Virus record (IMG/VR): IMGVR_UViG_3300020154_000003
Location: 1-64,000 of that record
Reading direction: 5' to 3' (one strand)
DNA: 64,000 bases
The notes under the pieces are model-generated. The model worked only from the letters and a program-made list of their open reading frames with translations, was not told the origin of the DNA and made no database searches. This document shows, piece by piece, positions 28,559 to 38,358 of this stretch (position 1 is the stretch's first letter; each line of letters begins with the position of its first letter). A program made the translations under genes and the position numbers.

Positions 28559-29305
28559 ATGAGTAAAAAAATAGTATTAGCGATAGACCTTGATGAAGTG
28601 ATCAGATCAAAATGGTTGCAATTCGATAGATTCTACGCACAAGAATTTGGTGAAGAAGGTATTAAAATGCCTTTTGATACATATGACCTAAGAAATCATT
28701 ATGAGTTCAATGATCGTACAGACATTGTAAATTATTTGAATGAAGACCTGCCTGATGATATTTCACCAATAGAATATATGTTGGATGAAAACGGTAATGC
28801 ACCTGTCGATCATGATGCATTCAGGAAAAAAGAAGAAAAAATGACCGCAGATGAGGCATTTAATAAATTCCTGTACGAAGATTTCCTTGTTGAAATTTTT
28901 GGTACTGCACCTCCACTTTATAGAGGACTTGACTTACATCTAAGAGAGTTTACACAGGAATTTGATCAATATGTTGAAATTGCAATTTTCTCAAAAGAGC
29001 AGAATCCAAGCATTTCTCCAACACTTTTTTTCCTTTCAAAACTTAGACCTACTGTTAGGACATATTTTTTCCCTAAAACTAATGAAGAGGTTTGGGAAAA
29101 GGCAGATATAGTAATTACTACTGACCCTGAAATTATTAAAATCGCCCCGAACAATAAAATGATTATTGTCTTGGATAGGCCGCATAATGCGGGTCTTGAT
29201 TGTGACTATTCTGCATTGAATTTTATTGATTTAATAAAAAATAATGAATTTAGAAGTGAGATCGGTGCTCCAGCATACGTAGAGAAAGAAAGTACAACCG
29301 AATAA
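28559..29305 (+). CDS. HAD-superfamily 5'(3')-nucleotidase-like protein
   Basis: LAIDLDEVI motif I, later DRPHN; motifs III/IV look degenerate. Confidence 0.55.
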   Translation: MSKKIVLAIDLDEVIRSKWLQFDRFYAQEFGEEGIKMPFDTYDLRNHYEFNDRTDIVNYLNEDLPDDISPIEYMLDENGNAPVDHDAFRKKEEKMTADEAFNKFLYEDFLVEIFGTAPPLYRGLDLHLREFTQEFDQYVEIAIFSKEQNPSISPTLFFLSKLRPTVRTYFFPKTNEEVWEKADIVITTDPEIIKIAPNNKMIIVLDRPHNAGLDCDYSALNFIDLIKNNEFRSEIGAPAYVEKESTTE

Positions 29306-29333
29306 TTTAAAGAAAATACATAAGAAAAATAAA

Positions 29334-30506
29334 ATGGCTCAAGAATCGGCTCCACAAGAATTATCTAACGAACAGAAATTACAAATTTCAATAGATAATA
29401 TTAAAAACAAGAAAAATAAGATTATGTTCTTCGTACCTGATCTCGGTAAAGTTCCATCAGGTGCTGTGTATGAGATTTATTCTCATGCAACATTAGTGAA
29501 ATCATTGGGATATGATGTAAAAGTTTTGTTAGAGACTACAAAATCTACCAAACCAGAATACGTAGAACCTGAATTGTTAAATCTTGAACACATCACAATG
29601 GAAACTGCAAAACTTACTGTTTCACCAGAAGATTTGCTGATTATCCCTGAGATTTTTACAAACGTTATGGAACAAGCTAAAACATTACCTTGTGGTAGAG
29701 TAGTATTGTTTCAATCGCTTGATAATGCTACCAGAGCACTTCTTCCCGGAACTGACTGGTCTAGCTTTGGAATTAAAGATGTGATTACAACAAGTAATAT
29801 TATGCAACTATTCATCGAAGAATTCTTCGGCAAGAATAAGTTCAATGTTCGCACTTATAATGTTCCTGTACCGGATTATTTCCAAAAAACTACCGAACTT
29901 AAGAGACCTGTTGTATCAGTGTTTGTTAGAAATGAAGGTGATCTTGAGAAAGTCATCAAGTTATTCTACAGCAAGTACCCTCAATACAGATGGATTACTT
30001 TTGAACCTATGCAAACTGATTCAAAGCCACCGCAATATTTGAGAAGAAGAGATTTTGCAGATAAGCTTGGTAAGAACTTCGCAGCTATTTGGATTGATCG
30101 ATTGGCAACTCACGCCCAATTTCCGCTTGAGTGTATGAGAGTTGGTACTATACCTATTGCATTGAAACCTGATGTAACTCCTGAGTACATTATTAAAGAT
30201 GATAAGTTTGTAGAAAATTCAGGAGTTTGGACATCTGATCTATATGCAATGCCTTCATTGCTTGCAGATACATTGAGACGATTCTTAGATGACGAAGTTC
30301 CGCAAGAGTTGTGGGATACTATGGATTCAATTGCAGCTAACTACACCACTGAAATTGCGAAAAAGCAATTAACTAAAATCTACAGAGATTTGATCGGTGA
30401 AAAACTGTTACTGTTGGAGAAAACTTTGGAAGCTATAACTCCTAAGGTTGAGACACCTGCAAGCGTAGATGAAGTTAAACCATTAACTGATCAATTATTA
30501 AGCTAA
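29334..30506 (+). CDS. GT-B fold (GT4-like) glycosyltransferase
   Basis: FFVPD...SGAVYEIYSHA..LGYDV, IIPEIF, FPLECM..G donor-binding-type motif. Confidence 0.7.
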   Translation: MAQESAPQELSNEQKLQISIDNIKNKKNKIMFFVPDLGKVPSGAVYEIYSHATLVKSLGYDVKVLLETTKSTKPEYVEPELLNLEHITMETAKLTVSPEDLLIIPEIFTNVMEQAKTLPCGRVVLFQSLDNATRALLPGTDWSSFGIKDVITTSNIMQLFIEEFFGKNKFNVRTYNVPVPDYFQKTTELKRPVVSVFVRNEGDLEKVIKLFYSKYPQYRWITFEPMQTDSKPPQYLRRRDFADKLGKNFAAIWIDRLATHAQFPLECMRVGTIPIALKPDVTPEYIIKDDKFVENSGVWTSDLYAMPSLLADTLRRFLDDEVPQELWDTMDSIAANYTTEIAKKQLTKIYRDLIGEKLLLLEKTLEAITPKVETPASVDEVKPLTDQLLS

Positions 30507-30534
30507 TTAATTTAAGAAGAAAATATATATAACA

Positions 30535-31362
30535 ATGAGTAATATAACAATTATTATACCTGTACACGAATTTAACGAAAAGGTTAAAGGGTATTTGACT
30601 AAAGCATTGGATTCTATTAAACTTCAAATAGGAGTTTCCATACCAAAAATTAAAGTAGTATACACAAATTCTGCCGAGGAAGGTGGAATATTGACTTTCT
30701 TATCTGAGTATGCTACATCATCAAACATTCAAATTGATTCGGTGAAGAATGAAGGTAAGACTGATTTTTGTGGTCAAATAAATTTTGGAGTTCAAAATAC
30801 TACAACAGATTATTTTTCAATCCTTGAATATGATGATGAATATAGTACTATCTATTTCAAGAATGTTGAAAAGCACATTGCCGCAATGCCAGAGGTTGGT
30901 ATGTTCCTACCCTTCACAATTGATGTCGATGATAAAACTTCAACTCCAGCACAAATCGTAAATCAAACCATATGGTCTAAAGGGTATGTTGGCGAAAATG
31001 GTGTGTTAGGATTTTTGAATGTTAAATCTCTTAACGATTATTCATTCTATACAATTGGTGGGTCGGTTCTAAAAAAATCTGAGTTTGAAGCTGTTGGTGG
31101 ATTGAAGTCTAATATTAAACTTGCTTTCACTTATGAGTTCATTTTGAGATTTCTTGAGAATACAAATAAAATATACTCACTACCTAAATTCGGTTACAAA
31201 CATATTATCAATCGTGAAGGTAGCTTATTTCAAAACTACAGTGTTTTGATGCCTAAGCATGAGAGAAAATTCTGGTTCGAAACAGCTAAAAAAGAATGTC
31301 ATTTTTGGAATGATAGAGTTATAGATACGAAAGCACTGAAGGGCACAATCGTGGAGGCTTAA
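30535..31362 (+). CDS. Glycosyltransferase family 2-like protein
   Basis: TIIIPVH, QINFGV, FSILEYDDEY, AVGGLK, YEFILR. Confidence 0.75.
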   Translation: MSNITIIIPVHEFNEKVKGYLTKALDSIKLQIGVSIPKIKVVYTNSAEEGGILTFLSEYATSSNIQIDSVKNEGKTDFCGQINFGVQNTTTDYFSILEYDDEYSTIYFKNVEKHIAAMPEVGMFLPFTIDVDDKTSTPAQIVNQTIWSKGYVGENGVLGFLNVKSLNDYSFYTIGGSVLKKSEFEAVGGLKSNIKLAFTYEFILRFLENTNKIYSLPKFGYKHIINREGSLFQNYSVLMPKHERKFWFETAKKECHFWNDRVIDTKALKGTIVEA

Positions 31363-31399
31363 TTAATAACCTTAAAAGTAATAGTGTGAGTTTCCAGAC

Positions 31400-32173
31400 A
31401 TGGCCAAAAAGAGTGTTAAGTTAAAAGATAATTATTTCGGTGAGATAGAAGAAATGGCTGTTATTGCATATAATAATGCAAAATCAATAGAAGAAAAACA
31501 TAGGATATACAACAGTATACTTAAGAAGCCTTTTGAAAAGATGGCTGAAATTGTGTACAAAAGGTATCGCTCAAGGGATAATAAGGGTGGATATGAAATA
31601 GAAGACATCATATCCAACGCCTTGGCTCATCTGATCGAGAATATGCATAAATATGACCCTAACCGAATTAATAAAAACGGTGTAAAAACAAAGGCATATA
31701 GTTATTATCAAACTGTAATTCATAACTACTATAAAGATCATGGTAGGAATAGTTACAAAGAAATGATTAATAATCTTGCGTTCGAAGATCATTTCGATGA
31801 AATAGAATCCAGAGAGGAAAATATGTATGAGATTGATGCAGTTAATGAGGCTGAAATGAATGAACAATTAATTGAATTAATTGTTGAGAAGTTCAGGCAT
31901 AGAATCGACACAGACACAAGCCTTAAGAAGAATGAAATAATTGTCGGTGAAGCAATCATCAATGTTCTAAAAAATTGGCACAGTCTATTCATGGAGGAAA
32001 CTGCTATAGGTAATTATAATAAGAAAATATCCAACAATTTCGCAAAAAATAAGATATTATTCTTCCTTAAAGAAATTACAAATCTTTCAACTAAGGAGAT
32101 ACGATCTTCAATGAAACAGTATAAAGACCTTTATTTTTTGGAAAAAAACCTATTCTTCAAGGAAGAATCCTAA
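31400..32173 (+). CDS. Sigma-70 family factor, T4 gp55-like (candidate late sigma)
   Basis: Region-2-like segment EDIISNALAHLIENMHKYDP...KAYSYYQTVIHN; no obvious region-4 HTH. Confidence 0.7.
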   Translation: MAKKSVKLKDNYFGEIEEMAVIAYNNAKSIEEKHRIYNSILKKPFEKMAEIVYKRYRSRDNKGGYEIEDIISNALAHLIENMHKYDPNRINKNGVKTKAYSYYQTVIHNYYKDHGRNSYKEMINNLAFEDHFDEIESREENMYEIDAVNEAEMNEQLIELIVEKFRHRIDTDTSLKKNEIIVGEAIINVLKNWHSLFMEETAIGNYNKKISNNFAKNKILFFLKEITNLSTKEIRSSMKQYKDLYFLEKNLFFKEES

Positions 32174-32212
32174 ATTTTCGCCCATCTACTATTTATAGTT
32201 AAAAATAACGGT

Positions 32213-32587
32213 ATGGCAAGAATTAAGCGTAAACGAATCAAATTTACTGAAGAAAGCCTTAATGAACTTTATCAAGAAGTTTATAACGACACATTCAACT
32301 TCAAAGCGAAGATTGAATCTCTGATCTCAAAATGGTCAATCCACATCAAAGATGAGGGTAATATCGCTGCATTGGGTAAGGAAATTGTAGCCTTAATGAA
32401 CGGTATAGGTAAAACAAATGATCAAAAAATAGTTCTTCTTAAAATCTTAAAGGATATTGTTTACAATAAGGATGGTAAACAATCCGAAACTAAAGATAAT
32501 GATGGACAAACATCAATTAGTGATGAGGCTAAGGAAGAATTAATGAGAATGGCTGAAGAAGCCAGAAAAGGCATGGAAAATAACTAA
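32213..32587 (+). CDS. Hypothetical late protein
   Basis: 124 aa; CTATTTAT 16 nt upstream (32189-32196). Confidence 0.6.
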   Translation: MARIKRKRIKFTEESLNELYQEVYNDTFNFKAKIESLISKWSIHIKDEGNIAALGKEIVALMNGIGKTNDQKIVLLKILKDIVYNKDGKQSETKDNDGQTSISDEAKEELMRMAEEARKGMENN

Positions 32588-32592
32588 TCAAA

Positions 32593-33888
32593 ATGGGCTT
32601 AATTGATGATAAAAAAAGTATTATTAAGCAAATCAGTGTCTTTAACTCGATGGGTAAGGAGGTTAATGTCGCTGAAGAGAATAATACATTACCATCAATA
32701 AACAATAAAAATGAACCCATACCATTCATGTTAGATACCCTAACGGTAATGGTGGGTAGCCAAGCCCTCGAAAGAGTTACAGGCCAAGTCATGACTGACT
32801 TTGTTAAAGGAGTTGAACCCCAACTCAAAACCAGCTTAATAAAGCAAAATACTACATTTAATTCCAACCAAATATTATCGTCTGGATTCGCTGCAGGATA
32901 CACAGTACCTGTGAGTGATATTGATTTATATGGGAAATTGAAAACTGATCCATCAAGTCAAACTGGTGGATTACTATATGGCGATGATGCAAATGATTTT
33001 GATAAAGCAGTATATAGTGCGATAAATGCCCCCGGAACTGATGTTACTGCAAGTAATGTCAAATTAAATTATAATGAGGTTACAGATGAAATAACCATTA
33101 CGCCACAGAACTCAAGTCAATCAATTGGAACTTTTGTTTCTCAATATGTCGATGGATTAACATTGATTAATGAAAAGGCATTTACAACCAGAATTGTTGA
33201 TTTAATATTTGGAACTGCATCGAAACAGCAAAATAAAACACTAAGTAATATTGAACTTGAACAGAAAATTACAAAACTCCTAAAGAAAATTAGTGATGAC
33301 GAGAGTGATCTTGAGTTTACGAAGGATGATTTGAATTTGATTGAGAAAGAGTCAGTAGAAAAATTAGAAGGAGTAAAAAAGGTAGATGTTGGGTGTAGCA
33401 TCATTGATAGTGATGTAAGTATTTCGGATTTAGAAAATTTAGTGATATTGAATAGTGGTAGCACTGACCCTGTAAAGGTTGGGCAAAATTTTGGTTCATT
33501 AATCGATAATAGCTTCGGTAAAAATTCTTCTCAAACTAATCCTACCAATAAAAATGCAATTAAAGATGGTTTCTTTAAAAGAATTATCGAAGCCATCCAA
33601 GCATCGTTAATTGAAGCAGTGACAGTAACACCTCAAATTAGGGTGTTATTAATAATTGTTAAGGGTTTGAAAAATGGTGATGTTATAGGATTAACAAATC
33701 CATTAGATGATATAAGAAATCAAAAAAACTTGGTAAAATGTTTATCTGATTCAGCGAAAGTATCGTTGAATGAATTCATATTCAATTTATTAAAGGCTGA
33801 ATTGATAAAGATATTAGTGCCTGTAACTAAAATCATATTACGAGAAAAACTTAAAGCGTTTATAAGTATTTTAAAATCATTAGTGTAA
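32593..33888 (+). CDS. Putative virion structural protein
   Basis: 431 aa, in the operon leading to the baseplate spike gene. Confidence 0.5.
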   Translation: MGLIDDKKSIIKQISVFNSMGKEVNVAEENNTLPSINNKNEPIPFMLDTLTVMVGSQALERVTGQVMTDFVKGVEPQLKTSLIKQNTTFNSNQILSSGFAAGYTVPVSDIDLYGKLKTDPSSQTGGLLYGDDANDFDKAVYSAINAPGTDVTASNVKLNYNEVTDEITITPQNSSQSIGTFVSQYVDGLTLINEKAFTTRIVDLIFGTASKQQNKTLSNIELEQKITKLLKKISDDESDLEFTKDDLNLIEKESVEKLEGVKKVDVGCSIIDSDVSISDLENLVILNSGSTDPVKVGQNFGSLIDNSFGKNSSQTNPTNKNAIKDGFFKRIIEAIQASLIEAVTVTPQIRVLLIIVKGLKNGDVIGLTNPLDDIRNQKNLVKCLSDSAKVSLNEFIFNLLKAELIKILVPVTKIILREKLKAFISILKSLV

Positions 33889-34295
33889 TGGCAGTAGATT
33901 TCGGGAATTTTACATCAATTTTAAATGGGATAAAATCCATTCTCAAAATCCAGAATGCTGGTGGTAATACGGTTGTGCCTACTCCTTTGATTTTGGTTGG
34001 TGCTCAAAAACGCCCCGGATTATCAGCAACAAAAATAGCTAGTGCTATCATTCAAAGAAAGAGTGAAGCAGGTCTACCTATAGGTGCATTACCTTCGGGA
34101 GGTGTTAGTCCCGATGAGATTATGGAAAGAATAAGGGTAGAAGAAATAATTAAAGCGATTCAGGAGGATGCTAAATTAACTATAGCAATACCTCCCGGCA
34201 CGACATTAAGTGCCTCAGGAGCCTCACCATCTGGCCCTGTAACCGTGTTTGGAAGCACGATAACTTTAACCACTGGATACGGTGTCATACAATAA
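33888..34295 (+). CDS. Putative baseplate-associated protein
   Basis: 135 aa with a C-terminal Gly/Thr-rich beta segment; TAATG coupling at both ends. Confidence 0.5.
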   Translation: MAVDFGNFTSILNGIKSILKIQNAGGNTVVPTPLILVGAQKRPGLSATKIASAIIQRKSEAGLPIGALPSGGVSPDEIMERIRVEEIIKAIQEDAKLTIAIPPGTTLSASGASPSGPVTVFGSTITLTTGYGVIQ

Positions 34296-34468
34296 TGGAC
34301 GTAGAATATTATACTTGGGATAGTTGGACTAGCTGTAATACATATAGTATTGCATATTTGAAAAAACATAAAATACAAAAAATTAAAACAAGCTTTGACG
34401 AATCAAAGGGAATGGTTCGTGTAGAGATTCAATACGAAAATGATGAGCAAAACGGAAGCGTTGGTTAA
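34295..34468 (+). CDS. Small hypothetical protein (57 aa), missed by the ORF track
   Basis: MDVEYYTWDSWTSCNTYSIAYLKKHKIQKIKTSFDESKGMVRVEIQYENDEQNGSVG; TAATG overlap with the previous gene. Confidence 0.5.
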   Translation: MDVEYYTWDSWTSCNTYSIAYLKKHKIQKIKTSFDESKGMVRVEIQYENDEQNGSVG

Positions 34469-34613
34469 GATTAATAGTTTAAAAACTAAGCATGAACTGC
34501 TTAAGAAAGAAATTATTGACCTGACTTATCAAATTGAAAATAAACAATCAGAACTCGCGGAAATTGAAGATGAGTACATTAAGCTGATTGAGATTTTAAC
34601 ACAGGACGAATAA
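34440..34613 (+). CDS. Small coiled-coil protein (57 aa), missed by the ORF track
   Basis: MMSKTEALVKINSLKTKHELLKKEIIDLTYQIENKQSELAEIEDEYIKLIEILTQDE; stop lies 1 nt before the next ATG. Confidence 0.6.
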   Translation: MMSKTEALVKINSLKTKHELLKKEIIDLTYQIENKQSELAEIEDEYIKLIEILTQDE

Positions 34614-34614
34614 C

Positions 34615-35487
34615 ATGGAACCTAAATATATTCAAACCAGTAGACCATACAGTAAAGATACGAATAAGGAAACTTCTATTCGTAATATTTACTATGGTGA
34701 GGTTGTGAGTATTGATGATCAATATGATGGCGGTAGAATAAAAGTAAGAATTGCTGATCTTGACAATAAAACAATCGACAACAACTTACCGTATGCGTAT
34801 CCTGCAATTCCAAAATTCATGCATATCTATCCACAGGTAGGTGAAATTGTTAGAGTGTTAATTGAAGATGTACGATACCCTCAAAGAGGAAGACATTGGA
34901 TTGGTAGTGTAATTTCACAACTACATAAGATTGGTAGAGATGGTTATTTAACTGCATTATCAACAACAAATGTTGGTTTAAGTACGCCCGATAAAGCACC
35001 ATCAACATATCCTGATGCCGCAGGAGTATTCCCTTCAATTAATGATATTGGTTTAATTGGTAGAGATAATACCGATATTCTTTTAAAGGAAAGACAGGTT
35101 ATGATTCGTGCAGGTAAACACGAAGTTGGTAATATTCTTTCGTTGAATAAAAAGAATCCAGCTACAATTCAGTTGGATATAAATAAAACAGGTGATCGTT
35201 CATCAATCATCCAACTTGCGGACAAAATTGCTTTGATCTCGCATGAGGGCAATCCGAAATTACCTACAATAAATTATGACGAAGAAACAATTACAAAACT
35301 ATTCAATGAAGCACATCCATTGGGAAGAGGGGACGTAATTGTACAGGCTCTCGAATTATTAAGAAAAGCAATTATTCAACATATACATGCTTACTCTGGA
35401 ATGCCAGTCGATAAGAGCGGTGTGATTATTGATTTGGAAAAAGTGGATTTCACACAAATACTACAAAATAATATTAGAATAAATTAA
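34615..35487 (+). CDS. Baseplate central spike (gp5/gpV/VgrG-like OB-fold N-terminus)
   Basis: GEVVSIDDQYDGGRIKVRI, PQVGEIV.V, WIG motifs, followed by beta-strand repeats. Confidence 0.75.
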   Translation: MEPKYIQTSRPYSKDTNKETSIRNIYYGEVVSIDDQYDGGRIKVRIADLDNKTIDNNLPYAYPAIPKFMHIYPQVGEIVRVLIEDVRYPQRGRHWIGSVISQLHKIGRDGYLTALSTTNVGLSTPDKAPSTYPDAAGVFPSINDIGLIGRDNTDILLKERQVMIRAGKHEVGNILSLNKKNPATIQLDINKTGDRSSIIQLADKIALISHEGNPKLPTINYDEETITKLFNEAHPLGRGDVIVQALELLRKAIIQHIHAYSGMPVDKSGVIIDLEKVDFTQILQNNIRIN

Positions 35488-35494
35488 CTTATTC

Positions 35495-35695
35495 ATGGGC
35501 AGAACATGGAAAGATAGCCAAGGGAACGCTAAACGTAAGGCGAAACACATCCCGTATGGTGGAAAAAGGGGAGAAACCTTCCCTATGATTAAAGAAAATG
35601 ACTTAATTAAGGAGGGATCAGCAATTCCGGTCAATAAAAGAGGGGAAAGACAAAAAAATAGAATAGATTTGCGAGATATTGAATTTGATGACTAA
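35495..35695 (+). CDS. Small basic hypothetical protein
   Basis: 66-aa Lys/Arg-rich ORF. Confidence 0.45.
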   Translation: MGRTWKDSQGNAKRKAKHIPYGGKRGETFPMIKENDLIKEGSAIPVNKRGERQKNRIDLRDIEFDD

Positions 35696-36542
35696 TATCG
35701 AAATTCCAGTACCTGCGGAGATTTATTATAAATTCAATGGAATTAAATTCCATGATGATATACATAAGTATTATGTTGGAGAAAAAAATTTAATTTCCGT
35801 AACAACAATACTTCATGCATATGAGCAGCCTTTTGATGATGCTTATTGGGCAGAAATTAAAGGCAATGAATATGGTATGTCTCAGCTTGATGTAATGGAA
35901 ATGTGGGGTGCTTGGAATTTGAAGTCTCAAATCAGAGGTTCTGCCGTTCACAATTATGCTGAATTATTATTCAACAATAAGATATATAAAATATCACAGG
36001 ATGAAATTGATCAGAAGCTAGGGCCACGAAACATTGAAATTCTCAAAACATATCCTAGAAAATATCAACACCTTTTAGAGAGCGGAATTATGTCCAAGAT
36101 GGAAGGTTACACCATCATGGAAGAATATGAAACGCTGAAAGGATATGTTCAAAATTTTTATCGGGATACCTATAACAGGTTAATTCCGATTCGAACCGAG
36201 TATGTCATGTATGACGAACTTTGGGGTTTGTCAGGGATGCTTGATATTTTGTTTTGGAATGTAAAAAAGCAGTGCTTTCAAATTTGGGATTACAAAACCA
36301 ATAAAGAATTGCGGAAAAGCAGTGACTTCGGTACTAAGATGAAATATCCATTAAATAAGCTAGATAATTGCGAGTATAATACGTATTCTTTACAATTGTC
36401 AGCCTATAAGACTATTTTGGAGAGAAATCTACCCATTAAAATTGAAGGAATGTATCTTATTTGGCTTCATGAAGGAAATCCAAATTATGAAATCATCGAA
36501 TGTCAGGATTTAAGCACGGAAATCCTTAAAATTATGCAGTAG
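35679..36542 (+). CDS. PD-(D/E)XK (RecB-family) exonuclease
   Basis: H.Y...ISVTTIL, RGSAVH, SGMLDIL, IWDYKT, YSLQLSAY. Confidence 0.85.
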   Translation: MNLMTNIEIPVPAEIYYKFNGIKFHDDIHKYYVGEKNLISVTTILHAYEQPFDDAYWAEIKGNEYGMSQLDVMEMWGAWNLKSQIRGSAVHNYAELLFNNKIYKISQDEIDQKLGPRNIEILKTYPRKYQHLLESGIMSKMEGYTIMEEYETLKGYVQNFYRDTYNRLIPIRTEYVMYDELWGLSGMLDILFWNVKKQCFQIWDYKTNKELRKSSDFGTKMKYPLNKLDNCEYNTYSLQLSAYKTILERNLPIKIEGMYLIWLHEGNPNYEIIECQDLSTEILKIMQ

Positions 36543-36601
36543 GATTCCCTTAATTTAGTATTTATATATGAAATAAGCTGAATTTTGTATATTTTAGGGT
36601 A

Positions 36602-37327
36602 ATGGTAGAGAAGCGTAATTACAAACTTGATCATAAATTAAAGATTAAACAAGATGATCCTCTATATTACCTACTTGAAGGTGATTTAGACTTAAAATCC
36701 AATCATATTTATCTTTTCGGAATTGAAACTTACGGTTACGGTGCTGGTGCTGATGGTGGAATTGAACCCGGAGTGGAATATGCAATGGCAAACCGCTTTA
36801 TCCGAAATATCAATCTTTGCATGAGAGTTAATCCTGAGACTCCATTGCTCATCCATATGAAAACTAATGGTGGTGACTGGAATGAAGGGATGGCTATATA
36901 CGATGCGATACGCTCATTTCCTTGGCCTGTAACGATACTTAACTATACCCACGCTAGATCGATGTCATCTTTGATCTTCCAAGCCGCTAACAAGCGTGTA
37001 ATGATGCCACACAGTACATTCATGTTTCATGATGGTACTATGGAAATCGGTGGTACTGGAAAACAGGTTAGTTCCTACGTCAAATTCAGCCGGAAAACTG
37101 CCGATAAAATCATGCTTGAAATTTACGCAAAGTCAATGCGTGAAGCAGGTAAGCTATCCGATAAGAGTCAGGAATACATAAAAAGATGGCTTAGAAACAG
37201 GATGGATAAGGAGGAAGATGTTTACTTAACTGCCAAAGAAGCAGTAGATTACGGTCTTGCGGATGAAATCTTTGATGCCGACTGGAAAAACCTTACAGAT
37301 TATACTCCGGCCCAACTCGAAAGATAA
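36602..37327 (+). CDS. clpP: ClpP-like serine protease
   Basis: TNGGD, ARSMSS (Ser), MPHSTFMFHD (His), EEDVYLTAKEAVDYGLAD (Asp). Confidence 0.88.
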   Translation: MVEKRNYKLDHKLKIKQDDPLYYLLEGDLDLKSNHIYLFGIETYGYGAGADGGIEPGVEYAMANRFIRNINLCMRVNPETPLLIHMKTNGGDWNEGMAIYDAIRSFPWPVTILNYTHARSMSSLIFQAANKRVMMPHSTFMFHDGTMEIGGTGKQVSSYVKFSRKTADKIMLEIYAKSMREAGKLSDKSQEYIKRWLRNRMDKEEDVYLTAKEAVDYGLADEIFDADWKNLTDYTPAQLER

Positions 37328-37339
37328 TCGGCCAAAAAC

Positions 37340-37372
37340 TTGCATTTCTTGAATAAGTTATATATGTTTACG
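37340..37372 (+). promoter_or_regulatory. Putative host-RNAP promoter TTG-N18-TATATGTTTACG
   Basis: Same 12-mer and spacing as the promoter upstream of SSB. Confidence 0.55.
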
Positions 37373-37403
37373 TTTTAACGTTTAATAAAAAAACATATAT
37401 TTT

Positions 37404-37625
37404 ATGAGAAAAAACAATGTAAAGGCACTGCCTAAACAACAAAAGGTATTGACTTACCTTCAGAACAATAAGGGTAAAACTCTTACCCCGACAACAGCAA
37501 AAACTCGTTTTAACGTTGGTAATTTGAGAGCAACTGTATCTGATCTTCGTGATCTTTATGGTAGCGACATCATTACCACAACTAAGAATACTAAAGGTGT
37601 GCTTGCGTACACTTACGGTAAATAA
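37404..37625 (+). CDS. Small winged-HTH DNA-binding protein
   Basis: QQKVLTYLQ...LTPTTAKTRFNVGNLRATVSDLR helix pattern with a C-terminal wing. Confidence 0.6.
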   Translation: MRKNNVKALPKQQKVLTYLQNNKGKTLTPTTAKTRFNVGNLRATVSDLRDLYGSDIITTTKNTKGVLAYTYGK

Positions 37626-37640
37626 GTTTAGAATAGAGAT

Positions 37641-37675
37641 AAAAAATAAGGGTTACGGTCACACGTAACCCTTTA
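37641..37675. terminator. Bidirectional terminator between convergent genes
   Basis: 10-bp stem AAGGGTTACG/CGTAACCCTT (37648-37673). Confidence 0.75.
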
Positions 37676-37715
37676 AGGTTTCTAAGGTAAAAATCTTAAT
37701 ATTTTTGAATTATGA

Positions 37716-38204
37716 TTAGTAATTCAAAATACATCTCCAAGGCTGGAGAGTAAGAGTAACTGTTTGTACTTCATCATCATCTTGTGCGTTATCGCCAAAG
37801 TCGATGTTAGTGATCATACACTGCTGAAGAACCCATTTTTCAACTTCAACACCAGTAGGATCGAGTGCCTTGATAGTTACAGTTTTCTTGTAACCTGCAG
37901 CATAACCCATTCTACCTGTTAATGATTCTGCGTGTAAACGTACCCACTCCATCAATTTGGTTGATGTTGATGGGCCGATAGTGTCGATGAAAGTTACTTC
38001 AACTGGTTCCCACTTATATTTACCAGCAACGTAGTTAACTTCATTCAACCAATGAATTTCAACAGGGTTGATACTCATTTTTGGTCTTGCGATGGTTTGA
38101 ACTTTCCATACTTCAATTCCAAGTTCATCAGCGAATTCCACAAAGAATCTATTCTTCTTTTTTGGTTCGTAATCGAAAGGGATGCCTCTTAATAAATCAG
38201 CCAT
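37716..38204 (-). CDS. Tail tube protein (T4 gp19-like)
   Basis: 162 aa, NRFFVEF, YVAGKYKWEP, YKKTVTIKALDPTG...EKW; downstream of the sheath gene. Confidence 0.85.
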   Translation of the reverse strand: MADLLRGIPFDYEPKKKNRFFVEFADELGIEVWKVQTIARPKMSINPVEIHWLNEVNYVAGKYKWEPVEVTFIDTIGPSTSTKLMEWVRLHAESLTGRMGYAAGYKKTVTIKALDPTGVEVEKWVLQQCMITNIDFGDNAQDDDEVQTVTLTLQPWRCILNY

Positions 38205-38304
38205 TTTTCTTATATTTTTTTAAATAATTTTATCTCGTTTCTTGTAAATACTTAAATCTTGATATTTGTCTATATTTCAGACTAAATCATTTTCTAATAA
38301 ATAC

Positions 38305-38337
38305 TTGAAATAATGGAAATTTCTTATAATATTTACG
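38305..38337 (+). promoter_or_regulatory. Putative host-RNAP promoter TTG-N18-ATAATATTTACG
   Basis: Third instance of TTG with identical spacing to a TTTACG element, upstream of ORF 38359. Confidence 0.4.
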
Positions 38338-38358
38338 CTTTCCAAAACCCCACAAAAA

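Noticed and set aside
35679-36542. Cas4 or CRISPR association
   Set aside because: Lacks the Cas4 four-cysteine Fe-S pattern, and I saw no repeat-spacer array anywhere in the window.
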